Shown: in pieces, positions 40,601 through 54,347 of the stretch | Layout: each line of letters opens with the position of its first letter | Position numbering within the stretch: the stretch's first letter is position 1 | From: Octopus sinensis | Lineage: Eukaryota | Length of the DNA stretch: 64,000 nucleotides | Direction: 5' to 3' | Assembly: GCF_006345805.1 (NCBI RefSeq) | Contig: NC_043004.1 | Location: 53,506,001-53,570,000 of the forward strand | Notes under the pieces: model-generated | Databases searched by the model: none | What the model was told of the DNA's origin: nothing | The model's input: only the letters and a program-made list of their open reading frames with translations | Translations under genes and position numbers: made by a program

Positions 40601-42635
40601 GATACTATTTCAGAATTTCGTTTCAGAATTTAGTTCTTAAATGTGAGAATGTGGTAAGATTCATTAGTACAAAGTTAGCAGATGAGAATAATTAAGCTTC
40701 TAAAGGCAAATTCAAGCTTCTTGTGGGATTTAGATAGCTAGCAACAAAACTTCTTCCATCACATGCTATTGTGATAGAATGGAGTGGAGGTTGGCCTCTG
40801 CATAAAACTCTTGTGTCCATTTAGAAACAACGGTAGTGTATAGAAGACAGTTGCAGATTAGAGAATTCGATAATGTTGTATACCTTATTTTAGCTATATT
40901 AAATCTATAGTATATTTAAGACATACATTTTCCACTTAAATTTCATGATGCCCCAACAGATTGAGCTGGAAGAGATGATATGCTTATTTCTTATGTGTCG
41001 CCAATCAAAATCAAAAAAGTTACATTTGTAAGGAAACTTGAGTGTCGTAGTGGGACGTTTGTGGTTGTATTTACGGTACCGAATTAAGCACCTAAGGTTA
41101 ATTGTGAATGTGTTTAGTTATATTCATTTAGCAGAGTGAGGAATGAGCTTATGTTTGGTGTCATTCTTTATTGAATCCATCTTCATCTGTTTGAAATGTG
41201 TTATTCCCTCTGCTAGATACGTTGGAAATCGTGTAATATATACATGATATGAAAAACCTATGGTTCTCTGTCAAAAATGTACTTTTGATATTTTTGAAAT
41301 TGCTTCTTATCGTAATTGTTATTATTCATGTGATCGTCAATTTAGTAAGATACATTAAAATAGAGGTTTTATTTGATTTCAAAATCGGCTTGTAATGAGA
41401 CGACAAGTGAGGAAATACATCGTTAGCGACGTTCACATACCAGTTACACTTTTAAAAATCTCATAAAAAATTTAGTACTTAAAAATCTTAAATTGATGTT
41501 GCGTCCGATCTTATTAATCATGCATGTTAGACGTCACGCTTAAATAAGGATCATGCACATATATGCATTTTCATAAATTGAAACAAAGTTATGGATAATG
41601 AATAATTTTTGCCGCCAATTTTCTTTAAAATCCTAGTTACTAATATAGGTAAAATCTCAGAGCATTGTTCCTCTAAAGTAAGTTTGGATTAGCAGTTCCT
41701 GTACTAATATAAGAGTTTTAGCTAGCTGAGTTTTCACCGGTAAAATTCCACACAATCTGAAATTAGAGCGTTCATCATCTATGAACCGAAAATGAACGAT
41801 TATATATTTGGCTTCCACAATTTCTTGTAATCATTAAAACAATTCATGGCTCTAAAGACTTGCATATATACAGTAAATCATAGATATTTTAAGGTATCTA
41901 ATAGATACTGCTTTAAAATTCAACTGTATCTCAAATTTGAATTGATGACAACAAAACTCATGCATAGTTCTTTCTGTAGGAAAGTTGAATCATTTTCTCT
42001 GAACACAGACACACAACGTTGTGTTCTTTGCGTATTAAGTCTGTATTACTTCCACTATACTACAGCTGTCAATAAATAGAGAAGAACATGAGTTACTTGA
42101 AGGTTAGTTTTTATTTATATTTCATACCATATTGCTCAGTTGTGTCGACAGGGGGGATAACAGAAAGAAAAACAAAAGCAATAGTTACTCTGCCATTCTA
42201 TCGGAAATTGAAAGGCCTCAATGCGGATTCCATCAAGTGAAAATTACTTGAGAGATGCACACCATATGCACAGTATAGATATATGAACAAGTCAACAGAT
42301 AGATAGCTAGATACAGAGAAAGAGAGGGAGAGAGAGAGAGAGAGAGAGAAATCACCACGCATTTCCTGCCTCTTAAACATATTTTCATCGATCTCATCAC
42401 TCACCAAGTAATATTGTCAATCAAGAATGCCGTATATCAATTTAAAATTACCCGTCACATCTTTTTTTAGATGAACGACAACTCGCTTCGATTTCATACT
42501 CATCGCAGATTTCTCTCAAAACTAGCTGACAGAAAATTCATGAACTTTTTAAGGTGAATACCATCAAGGATAACTTTTTAGAGGGCACTGATTTTAATAT
42601 TATTCCTCAATATTTTCTACTAATCGCTTGCACTT

Positions 42636-42670
<35 letters not shown>

Positions 42671-43037
42671 GACATAATGACATAAACATACATAGAGTCT
42701 GTATTCTAAGCTACACTGACATGAGCTGATGACTGATCTAAAGAGTTTCACTTAATTTGTATTTATCCTTTAACCAATCACGCCACTTGAATGAGGCTCT
42801 CAACTATTGATGGGAAAACTTGTGACTCCTTAAGCTGCAACTCTAATGTGCATTGTATTTAGACGCTCTTCTAAACTTACACGCTGACTCGGTATCATCC
42901 TTGTTTTATCTGGTATACGATTCCTTTGTATTTTGCTTATCATCTATTTTAGACCAATCATATTAATAAACATTAATATACGTGATTAATAGAAAATTCA
43001 ATAGCATTCACGCTAGTAATTTCAAATATATATTCTA

Positions 43038-43446
43038 GGCGCAGGAGTGGCTGTGTGGTAAGTAGCTTGTTTACCAACCACATGCTTCCGGGTTCAGTCC
43101 CACTGCGTGGCACCTTGGGCAAGTGTCTTCTACTATAGCCTCGGGCCGACCAAAGCTTTGTGAGTGGATTTGGTAGACGGAAACTGAAAGAAGCCCGTCG
43201 TATATATGTATATATATGCGTGTGTGTGTTTGTGTGTCTATGTTCGTCCCCCTAGCATTGCTTGACAACCGATGCTGGTATGTTTATGTCCCCGTTACTT
43301 AGCGGTTCGGCAAAAGAGACCGATAGAATAAGTACTGGGCTTCCAAAAGAATAAGTCCCGGGGTCGAGTTGCTCGATTAAAGGCGGTGCTCCAGCATGGC
43401 CGCAGTCAAATGACTGAAACAAGTAAAAGAGTAAAAGAGAAAAGAG
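43038..43446 (+). mobile_element. tRNA-derived SINE family A, full length
   Basis: ggcgcaggagtggctgtgtggtaag A-box, gggttcagtccc B-box, core, internal (TA)/(TG) and (gtaaaaga)n tail. Confidence 0.92.
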
Positions 43447-45378
43447 GGTACATAAAAAGATATTAATATTGACACAAAACTAGAAATTCTAGGATATGAG
43501 ATTTCAGTGTGCACTAAATATATTTCCGTAGTCAGACCGCCTAATAAATTATCAAATTACAATACAGTCAACTGTTCAGTTTGCTTTTTCTTCCCAAGTA
43601 TTTCAATGCATTATACATTACATATAGGGAAAATATACTTTACTTGAAATCAGTATTGAACTGATCAAATATGGGTCAGTGAACCGTCTGTAACCCAATA
43701 GAAAATTCTATGCAGACAATATACAAAGATGAAAAATATATAAATATGATAAATTCCCTTCTATTGCGTTACAGCATTTGTTCTTTCAAATATGATTATC
43801 TTAAATTTGGACAATATTTTACGAAAGTCATAATACATTTATCTTAAATTTCGGATCATTTGTGACGGATATTATTATTGACGTTAAAGACTGACCAGTC
43901 ATGTCAGTCAAAATAGAACTAAAAGTATTCATTATGGACAGTGTGTGTTCTATTTTAACATACATCAAAGAACTGAGTTAGTTAATCTGACATCTGAGAG
44001 TTTGTTTTAGAATCTATATTAATAATTACTGCGTGAATCTGTTACATGTTTGTAGAATGGAGGATATAGATAAGTAAAAGTAAACTAAAGCCGTTTATTG
44101 TTGATAGAGAATAATGGTTTGTATATTTGTGTCAGATAGTCATATTAAATTATTCAGCAATGAATCGTGTATAAGCATGGGTTAGCAAAAAGCAATCAGT
44201 TATTTACTTACCCGACTTCAATGAAAGACCACTGAAAATTTCGCGATCGAAAGATTAATAGTAGCGAGTAACAATGTTATAGAAATAACTTTTTGTATTT
44301 ACCAAGGCCTATTCCACATAGGATGGGGTAGCCACAACAAGACAAACACCAGGCATTCCATTCCTTTCCCAGTTCAAAGAGGCGAGCCCTGTCCTATGCT
44401 CGGATCAAAGCATAGAAAGCACCCCCCGATATCAGCTAGAAATAACTAAAGAAAATAAAGATTTGTAAAGAGTGGTGAGAAGCTCTCAGCGACACTACTA
44501 CAATCTTTACAATAAAAGACTCGTATAAACAAGTAATTTGGAATATGTATATGTCCGCGATACGTATGTATTGGGAAGATATACATGTGCTTGTATATGA
44601 GAGAAAGTGAGAGCGAGTGAGTGAGTGAGTGAGGAAATAATGGAGGTGAGACGGAGGGAAGGGGAGGAAGAAAGGGAAAGAGGGAGTGAATGTGAGTATT
44701 AAAGAGTCATGCTTTGTAGACAAACTTGCCTGTGCTTCTGAATCCCATCGAAAGTGTAGGCCAGAGGACGATTAGTGGCAAGAGACCAGCATTTTCCAGT
44801 GCATTCTGCCTTCTACATACTACATAAGATTGATGCAGACGCCAACCTGTGAATTCTTTCACGGGATCATGCGGCATCAAGTAGAAAGGATCTTTGTTGC
44901 TATATAATAACATTGAAAGTCGATATATATTTTTAACTGTTTATGATACACAAAAAATAATTTCATTTTTGGAATCAGCAGAAAAATGGATTGATAAACA
45001 ATAAAAAAAATACAATAAACAAATTTTTTTTCGAAAATTGTTACGTTGTGTAATTAGCCTGAGATTACCACTAAAGGTTTAATTATTCTCAGCTTTAATC
45101 TTTTTCGGATGTTTTTAAAAATCACTCTACCCTGAATCTATACATCTATATAGATGTTGATCTGATTAACTCTCGTTGGAATTTAAGAAATGTACAGTTG
45201 AACCGACCTATTGTTAAATACTAAAAGTCTCGTATTTATGCACACACGCACACACACACACACACATATATACATACACACACACACACATACATATATA
45301 TATATAAATATATATATATATAGAGAGAGAGAGAAGAGAGAGAGAAAGACAGAGAAATTTACATATATATATTTTGAA

Positions 45379-45428
<50 letters not shown>

Positions 45429-45454
45429 CAAGTTTGTGTAAATGTGTATACTAT

Positions 45455-45710
45455 AAGATATCAGATGAATAAAGTTACACCATGGTCAGGTTTTCACAGT
45501 TTTGTTATTGTGTTAAAATAAATTTATCCTACATTTGCCAAGCACCCAATTCAACTTTCAATCAATACATTTCGAAATCTAATGATTATTACGAACGCAT
45601 GAAAGCGGTAATTGAACTTTATAAATATTACTAATTTTAAAAGTTGCAAAAAATCATCTTTAAATAAATTCATAAAAAACGTGAAAACCAGACCATATTG
45701 TAACTTTGAT
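45455..45710. mobile_element. Diverged fold-back element with HHR-like remnant
   Basis: aaagttacaccatggtcaggttttcac / gtgaaaaccagaccatattgtaacttt arms. AAU-CUAAUGA...GAAA-GCGG-U-A-AUU at 45576-45613. Confidence 0.55.
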
Positions 45711-45886
45711 ATATATATATATATAATATTATATATATATATATATTATATTAAATTAGAGATAAAACCACTATTAGGCAAATCAAACAATGAAAAAACT
45801 TAAGCCAATACATAAAATTAATTAATTTATATTATTTTAAATATATATCAAAAGTATTAAAAGTTTAATAAAGGTAATGAGTAAAA

Positions 45887-45955
45887 CACTACGATCGTTT
45901 CATGGCTGTCCAATTCGTAATAATTCGAGTTTTGGTTACAGTCAATCTTCAGGTA
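45887..45955 (-). ncRNA. Minimal type I hammerhead (mirror copy)
   Basis: Reverse complement of 46028-46096. Confidence 0.65.
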
Positions 45956-46027
45956 ATTGAAATATTTATCCTAACGAGGTTTAGCAATGAGCTCATTGCT
46001 AAACCTCGCTAAGATAAATATTTCAAT

Positions 46028-46096
46028 TACCTGAAGATTGACTGTAACCATAACTCGAATTATTACGAATTGGACAGCCATGAAACGATCGTAGTG
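46028..46096 (+). ncRNA. Minimal type I hammerhead
   Basis: UAC-CUGAAGA-U-UGACUGU..CCA...UGG-ACAGCCA-U-GAAA-CGAUCG-U-A-GUG. Palindromic ACGAUCGU, U10.1-U11.1, short stem I. Confidence 0.65.
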
Positions 46097-46487
46097 TTTT
46101 ACTCATTACCTTTTATTAAACTTTTAATACTTTTGATATATATTTAAAATAATATGAATTAATTAATTTTATGTATTGGCTTAAGTTTTTCATTGTTTGA
46201 TTTGCCTAATAGTGGTTTTATCTCTAATTTAATATAATATAATATTTTACAATAAAATTGGATTCAATCCTAAATCTGATTTTCCCTGTAAGTTGGATTT
46301 ATTCCCTAATATGTTATTATATAATATATATATATATATATATATAATATTATATATATATATATTATATATATGTATGTATATATGCATGCATGTATGT
46401 ATGTATGTATGTATGTATGTATGTATGTATGTATGTATGTATGTACGTATGTATGTACTTTCCGGATAGGTGTAAATGTGTATAGAA

Positions 46488-46620
46488 TATATAAGTTGAA
46501 TAAAGTTAAATCATGGTCTGATTTTCACGTTTTATACGGTACTTTTTTATAATGCCAAATGCCATTGGAAAAAGATAAGTGAAAACCAGACCATATTATA
46601 ACTTTATTCAACTCATATAA
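46488..46620. mobile_element. Short fold-back of the 45455-45710 family
   Basis: agttgaataaagtta..atggtctgattttcac / gtgaaaaccagaccat..taactttattcaact. Confidence 0.65.
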
Positions 46621-46624
46621 ATAA

Positions 46625-46668
<44 letters not shown>

Positions 46669-47248
46669 GTTTATGGATTTGTGTCGCAAGATTCCTGATA
46701 TGAAACGGTGCGTTGCAACAGATACTGCTATATTTTAGGATGATCTTTTGTTTTAACAAATAGACACACACACTATATATTCGTTTTTCACTCATTTATT
46801 ACTTTTCTTATTTAATCCTTTATCCAGTGTCCTTGAACATAAGATAAACTAAGAATATTAATATATGAGTGAAGAACGAATTTATAGTGAGTGTGTTTAT
46901 CTGGGCAAGAAAATGATTATCCAGAAATATAGCAATATAAATATATGCCCACTTGGCCAGGCGCGGGCCTTCCAAGTATCGCAGTACTTTGTATTTGCTC
47001 TAAACGGGTTTTAAGAGACTTGTGTAACAGTGCAGTGGTGTCCTGTTCGGTTTGATATCGTGATATAATAGTTGAGAGCAGTAGTCCATTTGTAAATGTA
47101 TACATAATATATGTCTGTGTGCGAATACCATGTTTTTTTTACTTCGTTCCATACATATATGTCAATTAGTCTTCATTTTACCACGGAATTGAAGAAATAA
47201 ACATAGTGTACTAATGTTCAGACTTAAAACACATATTGGTTTTACTGC

Positions 47249-47460
47249 TGAAGAAGAAGAAGAAGAAGAAGAAGAAGAAGAAGAAGAAGAAGAAGAGGAG
47301 GAGGAGGAAGTAGAAGAAGAAGAAGAAGAAGAAGAAGAAGAAGAAGAAGAAGAAGAAGAAGAAGAAGAAGAAGAAAGAGAAGGAGGAAGAAGGAGAAGAA
47401 GAAGAAGGAGGAGGAGGAGTAAGAGAAGTAGGAGTACGGAAAGAGAAGGGTGAAGAAGGA
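47249..47460. repeat. (GAA)n/(GGA)n purine tract
   Basis: Direct inspection. Confidence 0.97.
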
Positions 47461-48040
47461 AAAGAAAAAGAAAATACGGGAGTGCTGTACTACAATCGCT
47501 TCATATTAAATATCTGATTGGAAATTAAAAAGCAAAAACTAGTTTATTGAAGTAAATTAACTGAAACAAAACATAAGTATTTCGTATTGAATATAAATTA
47601 GGTAATTTAATGTCTTAAATTTAAGTATCAAACGCACGCACAAACACACACACACCCACACATATGTATGTATATGCAAGTATCCATGTTCATGTATGTG
47701 TCTGTGTGCATGTATGCATGTATATATGTATTTATGTAGGCAGGTAGGCAGGTAGGTAGGTAGGTATGGATATATGTGTAGGTACTCATGCATATAGGCG
47801 TGTGCATGCTTCAACGTTTGATACAATGTTTTCAAAAGTGAAAAGAAGAAAAACTGCATTAGTGTATTTCTTAGATAATTATAGAGTTCTTTTCTTGTTT
47901 TCTAAACAATTAGGCATCATTTATAACTCACACTATTAATCATGACCCAATTGTGCCTGGCACATATTTCAATAATATAATATTATTTTCTACGATTTTG
48001 ATATTTTCTAGACGCTGCAATGGCGCTATAAAGTTTTCAA

Positions 48041-48450
48041 TCTTACTCTTTTACTTGTTTCAGTCATTTGACTGCGGCCATGCTGGAGCACCGCCTTTAG
48101 TCGAGCAAATCGACCCCGGGACTTATTCTTTGTAAGCCCAGTACTTATTCTATCGGTCTCTTTTGCCGAAACGCTAAGTGACGGGGACGTAAACACACCA
48201 GCATCGGTTGTCAAGCAATGCTAGGGGGACAAACACAGACACACAAACATATACACACACACTTATAATATATATATACATATATACGACAGGCTTCTTT
48301 CAGTTTCCGTCTACAAAATCCACTCACAAGGCTTTGGTCGGCCCGGGGTTATAGCAGAAGACACTTGCCCAAGATGCCACGCAGTGGGACTGAAACCGGA
48401 ACCATGTGGTTGGTTAGCAAGCTACATAGCACACAGCCACTCCTGCGCCT
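48041..48450 (-). mobile_element. SINE family A, full length
   Basis: Reverse complement of 43038-43446. Confidence 0.92.
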
Positions 48451-48902
48451 ATACAACGTTAGAATGTATGCTTTCTTTCTACTCTAGACCGTACAACGCA
48501 GAAATTGTATATGCAGTTGTGGAAGAATTCTACGGATATATCTGTTATGACTAATGTATTGGAAAACCATTTGCTGTTCTACTGGGGGTTCTTTAATTCC
48601 TCACGATAAATGACAAAATTTGATGTCTTTATAATAACCGACGTTTTATTTATTTGTACATCTAAGAAAACATTTGCTTTCCTTCTTCCTAGAGCTTTCT
48701 AGAAACGTATTTCTATTCCTTCACCCTTTCAGGAGAATAGAGCTTGATGTGCCGATTTGTGTGTATGTATGTATGTATGTATGTATGTATGTATGTATGT
48801 ATGTATGTATGTATGTATGTGTGTATGTATGTATGTAAGTATAGATGTATGCATATATATGTATGTATATATTTTTACATATGTGTCCGTTTGTATGTAT
48901 AT

Positions 48903-48969
<67 letters not shown>

Positions 48970-49119
48970 TAAATTAGAGATAAAACCACTATTAGGCAAA
49001 TCAAACACTCTAATGCACTAAATGTCAATTGCTAAAAAGCATTCGTGAAGTAAAATCATGTAGCAACACCGAATGGCGGTACCCCAGCATGGCCACAGCT
49101 CGTGCGCTGAAACTAAATG

Positions 49120-49177
<58 letters not shown>

Positions 49178-49743
49178 GTATATGTATATGATTATGTATG
49201 TATATATGTATATGCATGTATGTAAGTATTATGTATGTATGCATGTATGTATCATAACGTGTTTCAAGGGGAAAAAATATTAGCGAAAATATCGTTTGTG
49301 TATTTCGTGGAAAATTATTCGTTATGGTTGTTTTCTAAACAACTAAGCAGCAATTATCTCTCACTTCATTATTCGTGCCCCAATTCCGTTTGACATGTAT
49401 TTCAGATACATAATTTGTTTGAAATATTGTTATTATCTTTTCATATTATGTTCCCTGTATGTTTTTGTACGCATTTCATTATCTGCTTGTTAATAATATC
49501 TTTCCTGCTGTTGTTAATCAGTTTGACGTTAATTTTTCATATCGATTTTAATATTCTCATGTCATATCGCTTATTTAACCGTGAAGGCAAAAATGATTCT
49601 ACCTTTAGTTTTTCACTATTTATTTTAATAAACCAACACAGCAGAAATGCAAAATGTAAAAATTCCTGCATGACACAGAGATTGTTAGTGTTTCATTGTA
49701 TTCGAATTTTGCTGTGTATGCATGTGTATATATATATATGTAT

Positions 49744-49834
<91 letters not shown>

Positions 49835-49917
49835 ATATATATATATTATGTGAAATAGAAAGATGAATAATCTTGTAGTAGATTAATCAAAAGTTTAACC
49901 GATACCTTAGTAGCAAA

Positions 49918-50000
49918 AATCACAGAAGAGAAAGACACAATATGGTCCCATTATTCAATCGGATTTTGGTAATTTGTGCCTTTCGAAACACGTGTAGAAT
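49918..50000 (+). ncRNA. Degenerate hammerhead in ~220-bp insert between (TA)n tracts
   Basis: CAGAAGA-GAAAGACACAA...UUGUGCCUUUC-GAAA-CACGUG-U-A. 10/11-bp stem II and palindromic ACACGUGU, but core U4 to A and poor stem I. Confidence 0.55.
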
Positions 50001-50061
50001 GAAATAAAACGATTTCTGTTCAATCTGCGTTCAGCTCCATTTCTTCAATTCACCAATAATG

Positions 50062-50125
<64 letters not shown>

Positions 50126-51295
50126 AACATAAGACAAGGTAGAGAATGCTAAAACAATTTTAGCATGAATTATATTTTAGTACCGGTTTCTGCTATTTTA
50201 GAGTTTTTCAACTGAGAGTAAAATAATAAAAAACAATTAAATTGGAGAAAATGTTTTGTAGATATTTTCATATTATTTGAAAAGGTAACCATTTCCATAG
50301 TTTTCAGGCAGTCTATCTCTCTTTTACTTTGTGAATGCCTGATAGGTAGGTAAGTAGGTAGGTAGGTAGGTAGGTAGGTAGGGAGGGAGGGAGGGAGGTG
50401 TGGAGGGAGGGAGGGGAGGGGAGGGGAGGATGGAGGGGATGAGGGGGGAGGGAGTTGGAAGTTAGGTAGGTAAGTGGTTAGGTGGGTAGAAAATTTCAAG
50501 GGATTGTTTGGGCACAGACAATTAATGGTTTCAGTAGGAGCAGCCGAGGGTGGAAAAGAAGAAAAAAAAAGAAGAGGAAGAAGAAGGAGACGAAGAAGAA
50601 GAAGATGAAGAAAAAAGGAGAACCAGGAGAACCAGGAGGATTTGAAGGAGGAGATGAAGGAGGAAGAAAAGTAGGAGATGGGAAATAGGAGGTTGAAGGA
50701 AAAAGAAAAGAGAAATAAAATATGGGAGTGCTGTACTACAGTAAATTATTCGTGCAATCTCCTTTACTGGTCAAATGACCTAAAAGTGACCTGTTGTAGT
50801 CGTAGTAGTAGAGGTGGGAACGTTCTAAATTGTTGTTGTTCAATCTGTGATGGCGAAATTCGAACAGGGTTTATATTTTGTGATGAAATATGCTTCTTTA
50901 CTGATGCGTTGACTATAAGTTGCATTGTCCTTAATTTGTAGAGGGCAAAATTTTATATATATATATGTGTGTGAGTGTGTGTATATATATATATATATGT
51001 ATGTATCTAAGTATGTATATGTATATGTATATATTTATATCAAAGATCGTGTTTGTGACGGTACGAATATCATGTTACAATTAGTTTGCTCAGTCGGAGC
51101 CTGTTCAAAACTTGATAACAACTGACAGGAACTGATATATAGCTGTCTTCTTTTTTTCATACGAAATAAATCCTCAAACATTATTCGGCTTTTGTTCACA
51201 ATATCTAAACAACATACATATCATCTAATTGCTGAGAGTCATTACATTTTCTACCTCATAAGCTAACCGATAAACGATGCAATTAAAAGATTTGC

Positions 51296-51344
<49 letters not shown>

Positions 51345-53874
51345 ATGGCGGCGGCAGTGGCGGTGGTGGTGGTGGTGATGTTGATGTTGGTGGCATTATT
51401 TTCATCACTAATTTAGTCCTGAACAAAGAGATTGAAATTTTGACCAGTTCATTTTCATGCAGTCAAGTCTGAATTAGTGACAAAATCTCACTGGGTATGG
51501 TGCCTGGAAAATAAAGTACCTCTGCTGTTCATAGAATATGGAAAGACAATGTTGATTATTCTCCAGTGAATATATATATCAATAGTTATTGGTTTTGTAT
51601 TCCTGGGTCAGACACAATCTCTTAAACATAAGGAGTCGGTCGCGCAAAGCCTAGACATAACACAATCTTAGCTAATCTTCAATATGTCAGTTATGAAATA
51701 TAAGCGTAGAATAGGATGATGAATTTTAATGTTTTGATTAATGACTTAAGCGACACGTCGTTTCCGTTTAATTATCATAAAGATGGAAAACGTTACCCCT
51801 GGATATGCCAACACATACCGATTGAAAAGTTAGAAAATGCTTCGTAATTGATATATTGTTTTCCAAAAGACGACATTATCTACCTGAAGAAAATGTTGAA
51901 TGTAACAAAGTGCAATGCCTGGCCATACAGGCAGTAATTTCTCAGTAACAGGTTAGCTTAAAAATGGAAACTTTCTGCAATAAGTATTTCACTGCACTAA
52001 TGATGATGAACAAGTGCAAATATCGTTTGCTCATTATATATGACTATACATAGGGATCATTAACTACTCTTAGTTAACGGTGTTCTTTGATATTAAAGCA
52101 TATACTGGGTTACGTTGCAATTAATGCGTCAGATGTTCAATTAGACATACTAACGAATGATTTGACAAATCGGCATTCATTATGTCGTCACCCGGTCTTA
52201 CTGTTTCTGTTTCATGTACGTCAGGCAAGCGTTGCTAGTATTGACTGCGAAGATGTGGTCCATGCATGAAGGAGACGCACCGCCTGTAGTAGTTGCTCTT
52301 AACAGACGGAGGTAGATATCATTGGATATGGTCGATATTCTGTTTGTGGTCTGTCAATTTCACACACACGGACGCAGACACACACGCATATATATATATG
52401 TTATATATGCATACTTACGCCATATACACATAATTACGTGCACACATACATTCATTTATTCATATGTATGTACATATGTTTGTTATTATTCAGTTTATAG
52501 CAAGATTACTCTAACAGAGAAAGAAAAGCTGGTTTCCAACCTAGATACAAAGATCCGTCATTGCAATTTCAACAACATCAACAGAATATTTTTGTATGCA
52601 TGTATGTATGTATGTATGTATGTATGTATGTATGTATGTATGTATGTATGTATGTATGTATGTATGCATGTATGAATGAATGTATGTATGAATGAATGTA
52701 TGCAGGATGGATGGATGGATGAATATGTGCAGATTTGCATGTTTTGTTTTATGTAGGTATACTCATGCATATAGCTGCTTGTCTAAACACGCTCCTATAT
52801 ACTTGAATGATAAATTTCTGGAACGTGGTACCGATTTTTATGTACCAGTGAACGCTTGGATTTGTAGTCGTCGAATCAGCTTTTTACTTTCTGGTTTTAA
52901 GAAGCGAAATTTCTCGAGTTTGATATTGAGTCAGTGTGTTACATATGTCAGTGCGCCAATATAAACCTGAACTTGTAATCTAGATAGAGTAGCTGTAGAT
53001 TACTCAATAGTTCAGCGTAAGTATTGTCTTTTTCGCTGATCTTTAGATTGAAGTTAACACCTGCTGGCCAGCTGAGTTCCACAATTGTTCATAGTTTCCC
53101 TTCTCTATCTTAGTTAGATATTTATACTATTTACATTTTGTGGACGATTTCACTGGGACACTCCAACAGTACACTTTTATATTATGAGTGGTTATGGCTT
53201 CCGCCATACTGTGGGTTCTTATTTCGTTGCTCTCAGGGTTATCCTTCCGACGGTTCTCATTATACAGTGTCCTATTTGTGTGTATGTATGTTTGTATGTA
53301 TATATGTATGTTTGTATGTATATATGTATGTTTGTATGTATGTATGTATGTATGTATCTATGTAGGTAGGTAGGCAGGTAGGTAGGTAAGTAGGTAGGTA
53401 GGTAGGTAGGCAGGAAGGTAGGTAGGTAGGTAGGTAGGTAAGTAAGTAGGTAGGTAGGTAGGTAGGTAGGTAGGTAGGTATATAGGGAGGTAGTAGGTAG
53501 GTATATAGGTAGGTAGATAGGTGGGTACCTAGCTCGGTATATGTTGGGGTATGAGTTTAAACTGAAACAAGTGGTAGGGTCATAGCATGGGACTTGCAGT
53601 GTTTTGTGATGGGTACTGTACCACCTTTTAGCCTCTATAGCTTCCAGGTATATTCTGACCGGGTGTATTGGCATCTATTAGAGTATCAGCTATGCGGTAA
53701 CTTGCATGTGAACTTCCTTGTAGGAGAAGATACATTTGTATAAAAACTGGGATCGGTGCGGTGCAGCACATTATCCACCGGAAAGAAATCCACGCACAAG
53801 AACTTCTTGGGCTTTCGAATCGTTCGCACGGACTTACTGAAGTTAAACGTGGTATAAGTCAGTTACAAGTTGAT

Positions 53875-54109
53875 AGGGCGGCGAGCTGGCTGAATCGTTA
53901 GCACGCCGGGCGAAATGCGTAGCCGTATTTCGTCTGCCGTTACGTTCTGAGTTCAAATTCCGCCTTGGTTGACTTTGCCTTTCATCCTTTCAGGGTCGAT
54001 AAATTAAATACCAGTTACGTACTGGGGTTCGATGTAATCGACTTAATCCGTTTGTCTGTCCTTGTTTGTCCCCATCTGTGTTTAGCCCCTTGTGGGTAGT
54101 AAAGAAATA
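53875..54109 (+). mobile_element. Meta-domain tRNA SINE, full length, 24-bp TSD
   Basis: A/B-box head and gcctttcatcctttcagggtcgataaa. ggtataagtcagttacaagttgat at 53851-53874 and 54110-54133. Confidence 0.92.
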
Positions 54110-54347
54110 GGTATAAGTCAGTTACAAGTTGATTTTGACTGTATGTCTGCAAACATACGTTTTTCAGTAGACACTCCTGTTGTTTCCTCTGCATTCGGTT
54201 TTTGGATTACATCATCACATCAATTGTGAGACCAATATTTTCACACAACCTTTACGATAATTCATCTCGTATGAACACATTTAGATATCAACCATACTCT
54301 TATAATTATATACATATACATGTGAGCGTGTATGTAAATATGGTCAT

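Larger units (their letters stand above)
45743..46320 (+). mobile_element. ~500-bp near-perfect palindrome element with two HHRs and 3' tail
   Basis: Loopless centre tgag|ctca at 45991/45992. Arms 45743-45991 and 45992-46240, an unpaired tail to ~46320, and (TA)n flanks. Confidence 0.9.
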
